Notes: generated by a model not told the origin, from the letters alone. A DNA stretch of 64,000 bases from Candidatus Marinacidobacterales bacterium (GCA_965237955.1 OZ250169.1:1568001-1632000), one strand, 5' to 3'. Shown: positions 31,990-43,185, counted from the first letter of the stretch. Numbers and translations: made by a program.

Positions 31990-33816
31990 CTAATGCTCTA
32001 TGTCTTCGGACGCTTTCGCTATCAGGCCGGCGACTTCGTCGCCGTCTTCGGGGTAGCTCGACATGCCGAACTGGAGAGCAGGGACGATGGGCGGGAGCTC
32101 TTCGCCGACGCGAAACGGGTTTTTTTCGAGCAATTTTCGCATGCGCGCCACGACGCGGCCTCCTCCGTACTTGTCCGACGCGAACGCCGTCAGAGCGATG
32201 AGATCTTTCGATGACATCATGCCGACGAGATCGACTTCACGGAGAGCCGCCATCGCTTGCTCCGCAACATGCCAGAGCACAGCTTCGCGAATCTCTTTAC
32301 CGAACAACTCGACGATCTGAGTCAAATCGTCCACTTGAATCAAGATCAGCGTCAGCGGGCGGTCGACGCGACGGCACTTCGAGAGCTCGCGTTTGAGCTC
32401 GGAGTAAAAATCTTCCTCGTCGTAGATCGGGACGTCACCGACGCGGAACCTCGGCCGCTGTACGGCCAAAGGAGAAGAGGCCGCCGCGTCAGGCTCGGGC
32501 TTCTCTACCTGGCTCGGGTCCGTGTCCGCCTCCGCGCGCTCGGTCACCGCGGGCTCGGCGTCGGTTTCTTCCTCGGCTTTGGGCTCAGGCTCCGGCGGTC
32601 GCGGCGCTGGTTGTTCCGTCTTCCACTCGACGTCGTCTTCCTCGTCGGCAACCGGCGCGGCATCGAGTCCCTGAACAGCTTGTGTTGCCGTACTTGCCAC
32701 AGAGGCGCTGACGTCGACATCACCAGCTTCCTCGCTCTCCGGTGTAACGGGTTCCGCGTTGTCAGGCTTGTCAGGTTCACGCCCGTCTTCAGCCTTCTCG
32801 TCTTTCGTTGCGGCCGCGGCCGCGGCAGGCGTCGCCGGCACGTCCGCGGCGGGTTCATCGGACACGGACGGCTCTGCTTCCGCTGCCTCGGGCTCGGGCG
32901 CCGCATCGTCGTCGGTCGCTGCCGCCTTCTCTACTGGCTCTTGCACCTTGGGCTCGGACGCTTTCTCCTCGGTGCTTTCGTTTTTGTCGTCAACGGCGGC
33001 GACGGTAGCAGGCTCGTCCGTCGTGACCGGCTCCGTGGGTACAGCCGCGTCCGTATCCTCCGTATCTTTTTCGACGTCGGGCACTTCAGGAACCTCGGTG
33101 GGCGCTTCCACCGCAGAGGCAATCTCGGTTTCGTTTCGATGGGCCGCGGTCGCGGTGGCGGCGGGAGCGGCTGTGTCCGGCATCGTCTCTGACGTTTTGG
33201 CTTCCTTCGCCACATCCGGCGCGGGCGCGGGCGCGGACTCCGGCGACGGCACCTTGCCGGACCTCGATTTGGGAAGCTCGCCCGTACGCGCGCGCGGTAC
33301 CGGTGCGATCCGCGCAGGGGCCGGTTCTTCTTCCTTGCCAAAGAGCCTCCCGAGGAGCCCGCGCTTTTTTGGAGACGGCGTTTTCGAGGGGAGGCCGAGC
33401 CGGCTCAGAAAGCTCGACTGTGGTTTGCGCGTTTTCTTAGCGAGCAGCTCGACGACGAGGCGCTGGAGCTCGGGCGCACGGAACGGCTTGGTGAGAAAGC
33501 CGTCCGCCTTGAACTGCTGGAGTGCCTCGTGGCGATACTGCTGACGCAAGTAGACGCCGGTGATGATCACGACCTGGATCCCTTTCAGCTCACCATCCGT
33601 CTTGATTTGTTTGCACAGGTCGAACCCGGACAAGCCGGGCAGGAGCGCATCCAAGATGACGACGTCCGGCTGTTCCCGGTACACCGCGGGAAGCACATCG
33701 TGAGGGTCCGTCACGGTGTGCAGATTGCACCCGAGCGAGTCGAGAGCCTTCTCCAGGGCAGACAGGTCCTCGGAATCGTCGTCGACGATGAGAATGGAGG
33801 ATTCTGCTTCAGCCAT
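31990..33816 (-). CDS. Response regulator: REC + long acidic Pro/Ala-rich linker + degenerate GGDEF domain
   Basis: ILIVDDD, VILDALLPGLSG, FLTKPF; C-terminal ELKRELSKCRRVDRPLTLILIQVDD..REVD-LVGMM-SSKDL..FGMSSYPEDG. Confidence 0.85.
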   Translation of the reverse strand: MAEAESSILIVDDDSEDLSALEKALDSLGCNLHTVTDPHDVLPAVYREQPDVVILDALLPGLSGFDLCKQIKTDGELKGIQVVIITGVYLRQQYRHEALQQFKADGFLTKPFRAPELQRLVVELLAKKTRKPQSSFLSRLGLPSKTPSPKKRGLLGRLFGKEEEPAPARIAPVPRARTGELPKSRSGKVPSPESAPAPAPDVAKEAKTSETMPDTAAPAATATAAHRNETEIASAVEAPTEVPEVPDVEKDTEDTDAAVPTEPVTTDEPATVAAVDDKNESTEEKASEPKVQEPVEKAAATDDDAAPEPEAAEAEPSVSDEPAADVPATPAAAAAATKDEKAEDGREPDKPDNAEPVTPESEEAGDVDVSASVASTATQAVQGLDAAPVADEEDDVEWKTEQPAPRPPEPEPKAEEETDAEPAVTERAEADTDPSQVEKPEPDAAASSPLAVQRPRFRVGDVPIYDEEDFYSELKRELSKCRRVDRPLTLILIQVDDLTQIVELFGKEIREAVLWHVAEQAMAALREVDLVGMMSSKDLIALTAFASDKYGGGRVVARMRKLLEKNPFRVGEELPPIVPALQFGMSSYPEDGDEVAGLIAKASEDIEH

Positions 33817-34016
33817 GAACGTCCGCGGTTACCAAACGGAAGGAATGCGAAGATTGTGTTTCGCGCCCCGGAGTGCACCTTCCAGAGAACGGAAGCCTCT
33901 GGTACAACTCCTAAAGTTTATCATCGGGGCGGAACAGATTGCGAACAGAATGGGATAACTTACATCGCGACAAAGATATAGGGCGCTGGTCGGCTCGGGG
34001 CATCCTCTTCACCTCA

Positions 34017-34046
34017 TTGAAAAAATCGGGAGCAGAGTGCTAGTCT
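34017..34046 (+). promoter_or_regulatory. Putative sigma70 promoter for lspA-lgt-rluD
   Basis: TTGAAA-N18-TAGTCT with TG extension. Confidence 0.45.
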
Positions 34047-34062
34047 GGTCCGAGCACACCAA

Positions 34063-34632
34063 ATGACGACCGATAGCGCCCTTAGCGCGAGACCCTGGCG
34101 AGCGAACCTTCCCGAGCTCCTGATGCTGGTTCTCGCCATCGTCGCCTCCGACCAAATCTCGAAAAGCCTGGTCGTGGACTCCCTCGGCCTGGGCCAGTCG
34201 GTTCCGCTAATCCCCGGATTTCTTCACTTCACGCTCGTGCGCAATACCGGCATGGCGTTCGGGCTTCTTTCTGGCGCCGATATTCCGTTCAAAGCCGCCC
34301 TGGTCACTTTGCTTTCGGTGACGGCAATGGGCGCAGTGACGTACTACGCATTGAAATCTCCCCGGAACGAACGGCTGACCCGCGTCGGGCTGACGTTCAT
34401 TCTCGGCGGAGCGATGGGCAACATCATCGACCGAGCGCGCCTGGGCTACGTGGTCGACTTCGTGGACGTTTTCTACCGAGACACGCACTGGCCCGCATTC
34501 AACGTCGCGGATACCTGCATCTGCATCGGCGTGGGTCTATTGCTGCTGGACAGCTTTCGTCGGCGCGATGAGGAACCCGAGCCGGCACGAGAGGCCGAAG
34601 TCGCAGGCGAGCCCGACCCAGGAGAAACATAA
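34063..34632 (+). CDS. lspA: Signal peptidase II
   Basis: DQISK, NTGMAFG, GGAMGNIIDR, VVDF, WPAFNVAD. Confidence 0.97.
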   Translation: MTTDSALSARPWRANLPELLMLVLAIVASDQISKSLVVDSLGLGQSVPLIPGFLHFTLVRNTGMAFGLLSGADIPFKAALVTLLSVTAMGAVTYYALKSPRNERLTRVGLTFILGGAMGNIIDRARLGYVVDFVDVFYRDTHWPAFNVADTCICIGVGLLLLDSFRRRDEEPEPAREAEVAGEPDPGET

Positions 34633-34649
34633 AGAGGAGAAACATAAAC

Positions 34650-35456
34650 TTGTTCCCCAAACTGTTCGACTTTGGTGAAATCAGCATATTCGGCTCTGAG
34701 TTCCACGCCATCCTGCACACCTACGGCTTTCTGCTCGCGGCGGGCTTTCTGATAGCGTTGAAAGTCGCCGCGATACGCGGAAAGAAGTTCGGGGTCGAGG
34801 CCAACCTCATCATGGATCTCGGCCTGTACATCCTCATATCCGCTCTCGTCGGCGCGAAGCTCCTACTGCTCATCGTCGACTGGGAACACTACCAGCACGA
34901 TCCGAAGAGTCTCATACGATCCGGCGGTGTTTTCTATGGTGGTCTCGTCGCCGCCGTCGTGACTTCGATCGTGTTCTTCCGCGTGCACAAACTCTCCGTA
35001 TGGATGATGACCGACATTCTCGCACCCTCGGTCGCACTCGGTCATGCGATCGGACGCTTGGGCTGTTTCAGCGCGGGTTGTTGTTACGGCAAACCAACGA
35101 CCATGCCGTGGGGCGTGACGTTCACCGATCCGTACGCACGCGAGATCGTAGGCGTGCCGCTCGGTATCTCCCTGCACCCGACGCAGCTCTACGAATCGAT
35201 CGTCGAGCTCGCGATCTTCGGGATCCTGATCTATTTGACCACCAAGAAGAAGTTCGATGGCCAGATCTTCTGGAGCTACGTCGCTTTGTACTCGGGAGCG
35301 CGGTTCATCATCGAGCACTATCGCGGTGATCTCGGCCGTGGCCTCGCGTTCGGCGGCGCGATCTCGACTTCCCAAATCATCGCCGCGGTGTTGATGGTCG
35401 TCGCCATCTTCGCGTTAATCGCGTTGCGACGGATGCCACAAAACCGTACCGCGTGA
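34650..35456 (+). CDS. lgt: Prolipoprotein diacylglyceryl transferase
   Basis: MFPKLF, TYG, GGVFYGG, IGRLGCF, HPTQLYE, RFIIEHYRGD. Confidence 0.96.
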   Translation: MFPKLFDFGEISIFGSEFHAILHTYGFLLAAGFLIALKVAAIRGKKFGVEANLIMDLGLYILISALVGAKLLLLIVDWEHYQHDPKSLIRSGGVFYGGLVAAVVTSIVFFRVHKLSVWMMTDILAPSVALGHAIGRLGCFSAGCCYGKPTTMPWGVTFTDPYAREIVGVPLGISLHPTQLYESIVELAIFGILIYLTTKKKFDGQIFWSYVALYSGARFIIEHYRGDLGRGLAFGGAISTSQIIAAVLMVVAIFALIALRRMPQNRTA

Positions 35457-36418
35457 GCCGCACCCATTCGTGGTCCATCGAGCCATCGGAAGATGGCTTG
35501 CGACTCGACGTAGCTGTCACCAGCCATCTCGAAGACGTGAGCCGGGCCCAGGTCAAAAAATGGATCGAACAGGGGCGTGTTCTCGTCGGCGGCGACGAGG
35601 TGCGAGCCTCGAGGCCGTGCCGCGAAGGAGACGCGATCGAGGTCCGTGTTCCCGAGCCGGTGCCGGGGGCGCCCGAGCCTGAAGAGATTCCGCTTACGAT
35701 CCTCTACGAGGACCCGCATCTCGTCGTCGTCGACAAACCTGCGGGGATGGTCGTCCACCCGTCACCGGGACATCCCTCGGGCACTCTGGTCAACGCGCTC
35801 TTGGTCCACTGCAAGGATCTGAGCGGTATCGGTGGTGTCGCGCGACCGGGGATCGTGCATCGGCTCGACATGGGCACGACCGGCGTCATCGTCGTGGCCA
35901 AAAACGATCACGCACACCGGCACCTCGCCGCACAGTTTCAGGCGCGCCGCGTGAAGAAACACTACATCGGCATCGTGCACGGCTCGACCCCAGAAGAGCT
36001 CGCGATCGACCGCGCGATCGGCCGAGACCCGATCCACCGAACAAAGATCTCGAGCCGAAGCCACCGCGCGAAACCGGCGCTCAGCGAAATCCACCGCCTC
36101 GAGTGTCTCCCCGCAAGCTCACTCATCGAGATCCGGATTCACACCGGCCGAACCCATCAGATCCGAGTACACTTGAGCGAAGTGGGCTACCCGTTGGTGG
36201 GCGATAAAGACTACGGCGCTCCCCGCAAACCGCCCACCGGGATGAGCCAATCCGAGTTCCACCCCCTCCGCGACTTCCCAAGACCCGCCCTCCACGCAAA
36301 ATCCCTAGAGCTAGAACACCCCGCCTCCGGCCAACTAGTAAAGTGGGAAGCCCCACTCCCGGAAGACATGCAAACCCTACTTACGAGGCTAAGACGCCTC
36401 CGTGACGGCACGGAATGA
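35453..36418 (+). CDS. rluD: RluA-family 23S rRNA pseudouridine synthase with S4 domain (RluD-like)
   Basis: RLD..SRAQV, DKPAGMVVHP, RPGIVHRLD, TGRTHQIRVH. Confidence 0.9.
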   Translation: MSRTHSWSIEPSEDGLRLDVAVTSHLEDVSRAQVKKWIEQGRVLVGGDEVRASRPCREGDAIEVRVPEPVPGAPEPEEIPLTILYEDPHLVVVDKPAGMVVHPSPGHPSGTLVNALLVHCKDLSGIGGVARPGIVHRLDMGTTGVIVVAKNDHAHRHLAAQFQARRVKKHYIGIVHGSTPEELAIDRAIGRDPIHRTKISSRSHRAKPALSEIHRLECLPASSLIEIRIHTGRTHQIRVHLSEVGYPLVGDKDYGAPRKPPTGMSQSEFHPLRDFPRPALHAKSLELEHPASGQLVKWEAPLPEDMQTLLTRLRRLRDGTE

Positions 36419-36440
36419 ACCCGTGAGCGCGAACTTTCAA

Positions 36441-36471
36441 GCCGATGGCTGATGGCCGACGGCGGATGGCG
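36441..36471. repeat. 7-mer (GCNGAYG)n intergenic tandem repeat
   Basis: GCCGATGGCTGATGGCCGACGGCGGATGGCG. Confidence 0.75.
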
Positions 36472-36473
36472 AA

Positions 36474-38304
36474 ATGAGAAAGCTTACAAATAGCCTAGTA
36501 GCCGGCCAAGTCGCTGCCCTCCTGATAGCCGAATGCATCATCTTGTTCAACCCCGAAGTCCCGCACACGTGGACGAATGTGTTGTCGGTTTGGGGCACGT
36601 GCGCGCTCACGTATGGAATCGCCGCCGGTCTAGGGTTCTGGATGCTGCTGTACCTCGTGGAAGGCCGTACGCGGCAAGCCACTCGGCCCGGCGTGGCTAT
36701 CGTACCGGGTGTTGACGTGGCTCCTCATGCTGGCGCTCGCGGGCGCGGCCGCGCTTTGGTGGCACAACCTCGTCAGCCTGCGTCAGTTCATCCCGCCGGA
36801 GACGCTTCGGGTGGTTGCCATCGCGGCGACCGTGGTGACCGCGTCTTCCGGTGCACTCTTGGTCGTGTCTTTGTTCCATTACTCGTTCGGGCGGCGAGGC
36901 GCTCTCGTCAGCTACGCGGTCTCCGCCTTGTTCCTCGTCGCCGCGCTGACGCTCCCGCTGATCATGCGCCCGGAGCCCGTCGCCGAGGACGTGAGAATGC
37001 CGCTCGAGGAGAACCCGTCGTCACGTCGGTTGACGATCGTCGGTATCGAAAGCGCTTCGATGGCCTACGTGCTACCGGCGGTGGCGGAAGGAAAACTGCC
37101 CAACTTCGCGCGCCTGATAGAAGGTGGTGCGTCCGGTGCGCTCAGAACTCTGTACCCGACCGAGTCCCTCGCCGTGTGGACGAGCATCGCCACCGGCAAG
37201 TTTCCACGCCAACACGGTCTCAAGGCTTTCTACCGCTACCGCTTCCCGTTCGTATCGACGCACTTCTCGCTGCAACCGCGCGGCCTCGACTTCCCCACCC
37301 TCGATCGAATGGGCGCTTTGAAACGCACCGCTGTCACCGCGTCGCTCAGGCGCACTCAGCCATTCTGGAGCATTCTCAGCCGTTTCGGAGTCGATGTCGG
37401 GCTGTTGCGATGGTGGGGCACCTACCCCGCGGAAGAGATCCGGGGCTTCGTCGTCTCCGAATATTTCCACCGTCAAGTCCGGGAACGGTTCGATCCCCCG
37501 CTTCCGGATCTCACCTACCCTCCGGAGCTGTCCGATCGTCTGAGTGAGTACGTGGTGTTGCCGAGCCAGATCGACGGGGACACGCTGAGCCGGTTTGTCG
37601 ATACGTCAGTCGTGGTTCGCGATGGCTTTCCATGGCAATCGGAGCTTTGGCGCGCTCTTGCGGATGACACGACCTATCAAACCATCGGCACTCTACTCCG
37701 CGAAGAAATGGACCCCGACGTGTACGCGATCTATTTCTTTGGGCTCGATGCCATCGGTCACTACTTCACGCGCTACCACCTCCCGGAGCGATTCGGCGAC
37801 GTCAGCGACGAGGAGATCCGCAAGTAGGGACGCACCATCGAATCGTACTATCGCTACCTCGACACGATTCTCGGCGGCTATATCCAATCGCGACAGGAGA
37901 ACGAGACGATCCTCGTGCTCTCGGGTCACGGCATGGAGCCGTTACCCATCACCCGGCGTGTCATCGAGCCGTTCAAAGGCAACCCACATCTTTCCGGATA
38001 TCACGAGGACTCGCCCGACGGACTCCTCATCCTGTACGGCTCCGGCATCGCAGCCGGCGCGAAGATCCAAGGCGCCTCGGTTCTCGACATCACCCCGACA
38101 CTCCTGTACTTGATGGGCCTTCCACTGGGACGGGACATGCCCGGAAGCCTTCGCGCCGACGCCCTCGAAGAGGCGCTGGTACGTACGCAACCGGTGACGT
38201 TCATCTCCTCGTACCACAATTTCCTCATCGAGGCTCGCCGCCCAGTCGACGACGCCGACTGGTCCCCTCTGGATGCGATCCCAGAGCTAGAGGTTCCTGA
38301 GTAG
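36474..38304 (+). pseudogene. Membrane-anchored alkaline phosphatase superfamily (type I phosphodiesterase) protein; frameshift ~36665 and in-frame TAG 37825-37827
   Basis: N-terminal TMs, GKLPNFARLI, WTSIATGK..HG, GLDAIGH, YYRYLD, LSGHG, VLDITPTLLYLMGLP. May be intact in vivo if the lesions are sequencing errors. Confidence 0.8.
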
Positions 38305-38357
38305 CCCCCCTGGAGTTGGTGGGGTCCGGGCGGCGGAAGCTGATAGAATCCGCCACG

Positions 38358-38891
38358 GTGACGGAAACCCAGATCATGGACGCTGCGGCATTCGAGCAAA
38401 AGCTCGAACGCCTCGCGGGAGAGATCGCCGAGAAGACCCGCAGCTTCGATGGTCGCGTCGCTCTGGTCGGGGTTCGGACCCGCGGGGTGCCGCTTTCCAA
38501 GCGGCTCGCGCACCACATCGAAGCTTCCACCGGCCGGCGTCCCGACCTGGGGGTGCTCGACATCACGTTGTACCGCGATGACCTGACAGCCGTGGGCGAG
38601 CAACCCATCGTCCGCCGCACCGAGCTCCCGTTTGCCGTAGATGACACCTGGATCGTGCTCGTCGATGACGTGCTCTACACCGGGCGGACGGTACGCGCCG
38701 CGATCACGGCTCTCATCGACTTCGGGCGACCGAAGACCATCCAGCTCCTCGTGCTCGTCGACCGCGGCTGGCGTGAGCTTCCGATTCACGCCGATTACGT
38801 CGGCACCACGCTCGAGACGGCCCGCGAGCAGACGGTGCACGTCCACGTGGCTGAACAAGACGGGCGTGACGAGGTGGTGCTCTCCGGATGA
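38358..38891 (+). CDS. pyrR: Bifunctional pyr operon regulator/uracil phosphoribosyltransferase
   Basis: [41 protein letters not shown]. Confidence 0.96.
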   Translation: MTETQIMDAAAFEQKLERLAGEIAEKTRSFDGRVALVGVRTRGVPLSKRLAHHIEASTGRRPDLGVLDITLYRDDLTAVGEQPIVRRTELPFAVDDTWIVLVDDVLYTGRTVRAAITALIDFGRPKTIQLLVLVDRGWRELPIHADYVGTTLETAREQTVHVHVAEQDGRDEVVLSG

Positions 38892-39847
38892 AGCTCTCGA
38901 GCAAAGACCTTCTCGATATCGAGAGCCTGAGCCCGGAGGAAATCGAGCTCGTTTTGGACACGGCGACGTCGTTCAAGGACGTGAGCGAGCGAACCATCAA
39001 GAAAGTGCCGACGCTTCGCGGCCGCACCGTCATCAACCTGTTCTTCGAAGCCAGCACGAGAACCCGCGTGTCGTTCGAGCTCGCGGCAAAGAGGCTCTCT
39101 GCCGATGCGATCAACGTGAGCGCGTCGGGAAGCTCGGTCGAAAAGGGCGAGACCCTTCTCGACACGGTTCGAAACCTGCAAGCGATGGCGCCCGACGTGA
39201 TCGTCATGCGCCACGGTGCATCGGGAGCGCCCTATGCCGTCGCGAACATGGTCGCCGCCGCCGTCGTCAACGCCGGCGACGGGATGCACGAGCACCCAAC
39301 CCAAGCGCTCCTGGACGCCTACACCATCCGCGAGGCCAAAGGGACACTCTCCCAACTCAAGGTGGTCATCGTCGGCGACTTGCTCCACAGCCGCGTGTTC
39401 CGCTCGAATCTCCGGCTCCTCACCAAGATGGGCTCGCACGTGGTCGTCACCGGACCACCAACGCTCATACCGCCGCACGTCGCCAAACTCGGCGCCGAAG
39501 TCGCGCCCACCATGGACGACGCGATCGCCGGCGCCGACGTGGTGATGATGCTCCGGGTGCAGAAAGAGCGTATGGCGGAAGCGTTTTTTCCGTCGGTGCG
39601 TGAGTACTTTCGCTTGTACGCGCTCACCGTGGCTCGACTCGAGCGTGCCAAGCCAGATGCGATCATCATGCACCCCGGACCTCTCAATCGCGGTCTCGAG
39701 ATCGACTCGAAAGTCGCAGACGGTCCCTACTCGCTGATCCTCGAGCAAGTTACGAACGGTGTCGCGGTGAGGATGGCGGTCCTCTACCTGCTGACCGGCG
39801 GACAACATGGACCGGGCGGACACGACAAAGAGGAAGACCACGCATGA
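38888..39847 (+). CDS. pyrB: Aspartate carbamoyltransferase catalytic subunit
   Basis: [32 protein letters not shown]. Confidence 0.97.
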   Translation: MKLSSKDLLDIESLSPEEIELVLDTATSFKDVSERTIKKVPTLRGRTVINLFFEASTRTRVSFELAAKRLSADAINVSASGSSVEKGETLLDTVRNLQAMAPDVIVMRHGASGAPYAVANMVAAAVVNAGDGMHEHPTQALLDAYTIREAKGTLSQLKVVIVGDLLHSRVFRSNLRLLTKMGSHVVVTGPPTLIPPHVAKLGAEVAPTMDDAIAGADVVMMLRVQKERMAEAFFPSVREYFRLYALTVARLERAKPDAIIMHPGPLNRGLEIDSKVADGPYSLILEQVTNGVAVRMAVLYLLTGGQHGPGGHDKEEDHA

Positions 39848-41133
39848 GCCGGCTCGTCGTTCGCGGCGCTCGTATCGTCGACCCCAGCCAGAATCTCGAC
39901 GAGGTCTGTGACCTCGTCCTCACCGACGGAATCGTCGAATCAATAGGCGCGGCGGTCGACGGTGTTCAGAGTGACGACGCTGAAGTGATCGAAGCCAAAG
40001 GCCTCGTCGCGGCGCCGGGCTTCATCGATATCCACGTTCACCTGCGTGAGCCCGGCTTCGAGTACAAAGAGACGATCGCGAGCGGCTCGCATGCAGCCGT
40101 TGCCGGAGGGTTCACTGCCGTCGCCGCGATGGCGAACACCGATCCTCCGAACGACAGCGCCGCGGTCACCGAGTTCATTCTCAGAAAGGCCGCGCAGGCG
40201 GACAAGGCACGCGTGTATCCCATCGGCTCCATCACCAAGGGCAGGTCGGGCGCCGAGCTCTCCGAGATGGGCGAAATGGTGGAAGCGGGCGCGGTCGCGG
40301 TGTCGGACGACGGGCTCCCGGTGGGCGACGTGAACGTGATGCGGCGCGCGATGGAGTACGCCACTGTGTTCGATATCCCCGTCATCGAACATTGCGAGAC
40401 GCCCGAGCTTCACCCCGGCGGCGTCATGAACGAAGGCTACTGGTCGACTGCTCTCGGCCTTCGCGGCATCCCTCGCGCTTCCGAGGAGATTTCCGTGGAC
40501 CGCAACGTCGTTCTCGCCGAGATGACGGGGGCGCGCTTCCACGTGGCGCACCTGTCCACGAGCGGTGCGCTCCGACGCGTGAAAGAGGCGAAAGCGCGAG
40601 GGCTCGTCGTCACCTGCGAGGTCACGCCCCACCACCTCGTTCTGACCGACGAGAGCGTGAAATCCTACGACACCGCAGCGAAGATGAGACCGCCGCTCGT
40701 GACCGAGAGCGACCGCGCCGCGCTTCTCGAGGGTCTCGCGGATGGGACCGTGGACGCGATCGCGACCGACCATGCTCCGCACCACATGGACGAGAAGAGC
40801 GAAGACTTCGACCACGCCCCGTTCGGTATCGTCGGCCTCGAGACCGCGGTATCGCTCTGTCTGGATCGGCTCGTCCGACCGGGCGTGATTTCGCTATCGC
40901 GCATGGTCGAGCTGTTGTCGATTGGTCCCGCCCGCATTCTCGGCGTGCCCGGTGGCTCGCTCGCAGTCGGCGCCCCCGCGGACGTAACGCTTTTGGATCT
41001 CGAGCGGCGCGTCCGTGTCGATCCTGACACTTTCGTATCGCGTGGGAGGAACACGCCCTTCGCCGGTTGGGAGCTCACCGGCTCCGCGACCACCACGATC
41101 GTCTCCGGCCGTGTCGTATGGACGAGAGAGTAA
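39844..41133 (+). CDS. pyrC: Dihydroorotase
   Basis: [28 protein letters not shown]. Confidence 0.96.
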   Translation: MSRLVVRGARIVDPSQNLDEVCDLVLTDGIVESIGAAVDGVQSDDAEVIEAKGLVAAPGFIDIHVHLREPGFEYKETIASGSHAAVAGGFTAVAAMANTDPPNDSAAVTEFILRKAAQADKARVYPIGSITKGRSGAELSEMGEMVEAGAVAVSDDGLPVGDVNVMRRAMEYATVFDIPVIEHCETPELHPGGVMNEGYWSTALGLRGIPRASEEISVDRNVVLAEMTGARFHVAHLSTSGALRRVKEAKARGLVVTCEVTPHHLVLTDESVKSYDTAAKMRPPLVTESDRAALLEGLADGTVDAIATDHAPHHMDEKSEDFDHAPFGIVGLETAVSLCLDRLVRPGVISLSRMVELLSIGPARILGVPGGSLAVGAPADVTLLDLERRVRVDPDTFVSRGRNTPFAGWELTGSATTTIVSGRVVWTRE

Positions 41134-42002
41134 CGCAACCCAAGAAGCTTCTCAGAGACGGGCTCGAGGAGCTGCGCCGACGCTACGACGAGCGCTACCT
41201 GGCAACCGACCCGCTCGTGTTCCCGCGGCGGTTCGAGCGCAACCAGGATCGTGAGGTCGTCGGCCTGGTCGCATCCGCGCTCGCTTACGGGAACGTGAAG
41301 ACGATCGCGTCGAGCGTCGAGCGCTGTCTCGATTGGATGGGTCCGCGTCCCGCCGAGTTCGCACGGCACGCTCGCCCGCAAGAAGCGCTTCGCTCGCTCG
41401 GACGGTTTCGCCACCGCTGGACGAGGGCGCGGGACGTCGCCTGCCTCGTCCACTTCGCCGGCCAGATGCTCGAAAGCCATCACAGCATTGGCCGTTTTTT
41501 CGCAGAGAGCTACGCCGGCGGTGACATGGCGGAAAGCCTGTCAGGGTTCTCGCGGCGCGCGCTCGCCCTCGATCACGGCGGGCTCTATCGATCGCGAACG
41601 CTTCCCGCCAAAGCCGGTGTCCGGTTCTTTTTCACGAGCCCGAAAACGGGAGCGTGCAAACGCATGAACATGTACTTGCGATGGATGGTGCGACCCGACG
41701 ACGGATTGGATCTCGGTTTGTGGCCGCACATCCCGACGAGCGATCTCGTCGTGCCGCTCGATACGCATATCTACCGCATCGGCCGCCACCTCGGATGGAG
41801 TCAAAGGAAGACACCCGGATTCGGTGCGGCCCTGGACATCACTCGAAGCCTCGCGCTCGTCGATCCGGACGACCCAGTCAAATACGACTTTGCGCTGTCG
41901 CGCATGGGCATTCTCGAGAACTGCCCCCGTCATCGAAGCAATCGTGAACGGCGGACGTGCGAGCTCTGCAAACTCAAAGGGCTCGAGAGACGCCTTCGAT
42001 GA
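41118..42002 (+). CDS. TIGR02757/DUF2400 family protein
   Basis: DP..F, DREV, ALAYG, CKRMNMYLRWMVR, DLGLW, PLDTH, DPVKYDFAL. Confidence 0.9.
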   Translation: MDERVTQPKKLLRDGLEELRRRYDERYLATDPLVFPRRFERNQDREVVGLVASALAYGNVKTIASSVERCLDWMGPRPAEFARHARPQEALRSLGRFRHRWTRARDVACLVHFAGQMLESHHSIGRFFAESYAGGDMAESLSGFSRRALALDHGGLYRSRTLPAKAGVRFFFTSPKTGACKRMNMYLRWMVRPDDGLDLGLWPHIPTSDLVVPLDTHIYRIGRHLGWSQRKTPGFGAALDITRSLALVDPDDPVKYDFALSRMGILENCPRHRSNRERRTCELCKLKGLERRLR

Positions 42003-42208
42003 AAGACTGCTGCCGCAAGGAAAGCACCAAGAGTCTACGTCGCCACCGTGACGTCGCCACTTGCGATGACTGCGGCGCCCTGCTACTCGCCTACGGAAAC
42101 GACACGGACTTCGATCGCAGCGTCGAAGAGCTCGACAAACACGGCGTCGACTACCAGACGAGAACCCTCGGCAAGCTCAAAATCGTGGCGAAGGCGAAAA
42201 CCCTGTAG
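41999..42208 (+). CDS. Small Cys-rich hypothetical protein (69 aa)
   Basis: ATGA overlap with the upstream stop; MKDCCRK..ATCDDCG; fills the gap between co-oriented genes. Confidence 0.7.
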   Translation: MKDCCRKESTKSLRRHRDVATCDDCGALLLAYGNDTDFDRSVEELDKHGVDYQTRTLGKLKIVAKAKTL

Positions 42209-42222
42209 CGTGAGCCACTTTG

Positions 42223-43185
42223 ATGTCGTTGTCGTTCCGCCCCCTGATCCCGGGAGCCCATCTCCAGACCATCGGTGGTCAGTTCGTCCGCGCGTTCCTC
42301 AGGTGGCCGTTCGCGACGGAAGCTACTATCGTCGAAGCGGAGGATGACGTTCGGCTGCTGGTGCGAGCGTCATGGCAACCGGGCAGCGTGGCCCGGCCCG
42401 CGCTCCTTTTGATCCACGGCCTCGAAGGCTCGGCCGAGTCGCGCTACATGCTCAGCGCCGGAATCCTCGCTTATCGCGCCGGCTATCACGTCATCCGCAT
42501 GAACATGCGCGGTTGCGGCGACTCGCTCGAGCTTTGTCCCCGCCTCTATAACGCTGGCTTGACGGCGGATCTCGTCGCGGTGTCCGACTGGCTGGCGCGG
42601 CGCGTCCCGCGCTTCGCCGTCGGCGGGTTCTCTCTCGGCGCCGGTTTGACGCTTCTGACGCTCGCTCGCGAGAAAAAGCGCCTCCCCGACGCGTGCGTCG
42701 GAGCGGTTGCGGTGTGCCCGCCGCTCGACATGTCGCGGTGCGCCGATGCGCTCGAGCTTCGGAAAAACTGGATCTATCAGCTTCGTTTCACGCGATCCTT
42801 GTGTCAGTCGTATCGATTGCGGCAACGGTTATTGCCGGAACGCTACGAGAAAGGCCGTGAGCGCGGCATCACCACGCTGCGCCAGTTCGACGACGTCGTG
42901 ACAGCGCGCTACGGAGGTTATCGCGACGCGGACGACTACTACCTCGCGGTGAGCACTGGACCCAAACTCGAAGAGATCGATCGACCCGCACTCATTCTTG
43001 GCGCGGACAATGATCCGTTCATCCCATACGAAAGCATCACGCGCTGGCCGCATTCGGAGAGCGTCCGGGTCGAGATCGTAGAAGGTGCGGGTCACATGGG
43101 TTTCGTCGCTGGCTCCAACGCCCCGCGCTACTTCTGGGCCGCGGATCGCATGCTCGCCTTCTTGCACGCGATTGATTCTGTTTGA
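42223..43185 (+). CDS. YheT-like alpha/beta hydrolase
   Basis: HLQT, HGLEGS, RGCG, GFSLGA nucleophile, FDDVVTA, DNDPF, GHMGF. Confidence 0.9.
   Translation: MSLSFRPLIPGAHLQTIGGQFVRAFLRWPFATEATIVEAEDDVRLLVRASWQPGSVARPALLLIHGLEGSAESRYMLSAGILAYRAGYHVIRMNMRGCGDSLELCPRLYNAGLTADLVAVSDWLARRVPRFAVGGFSLGAGLTLLTLAREKKRLPDACVGAVAVCPPLDMSRCADALELRKNWIYQLRFTRSLCQSYRLRQRLLPERYEKGRERGITTLRQFDDVVTARYGGYRDADDYYLAVSTGPKLEEIDRPALILGADNDPFIPYESITRWPHSESVRVEIVEGAGHMGFVAGSNAPRYFWAADRMLAFLHAIDSV

Noticed and set aside
32500-33350. Repeat array within the response regulator gene
   Set aside because: Low-complexity protein linker without a discrete repeated DNA unit.
38305-38357. PyrR-binding attenuator
   Set aside because: No AGTCC..GAGG-type loop or terminator; the region is short and a -10 box lies directly before the start.
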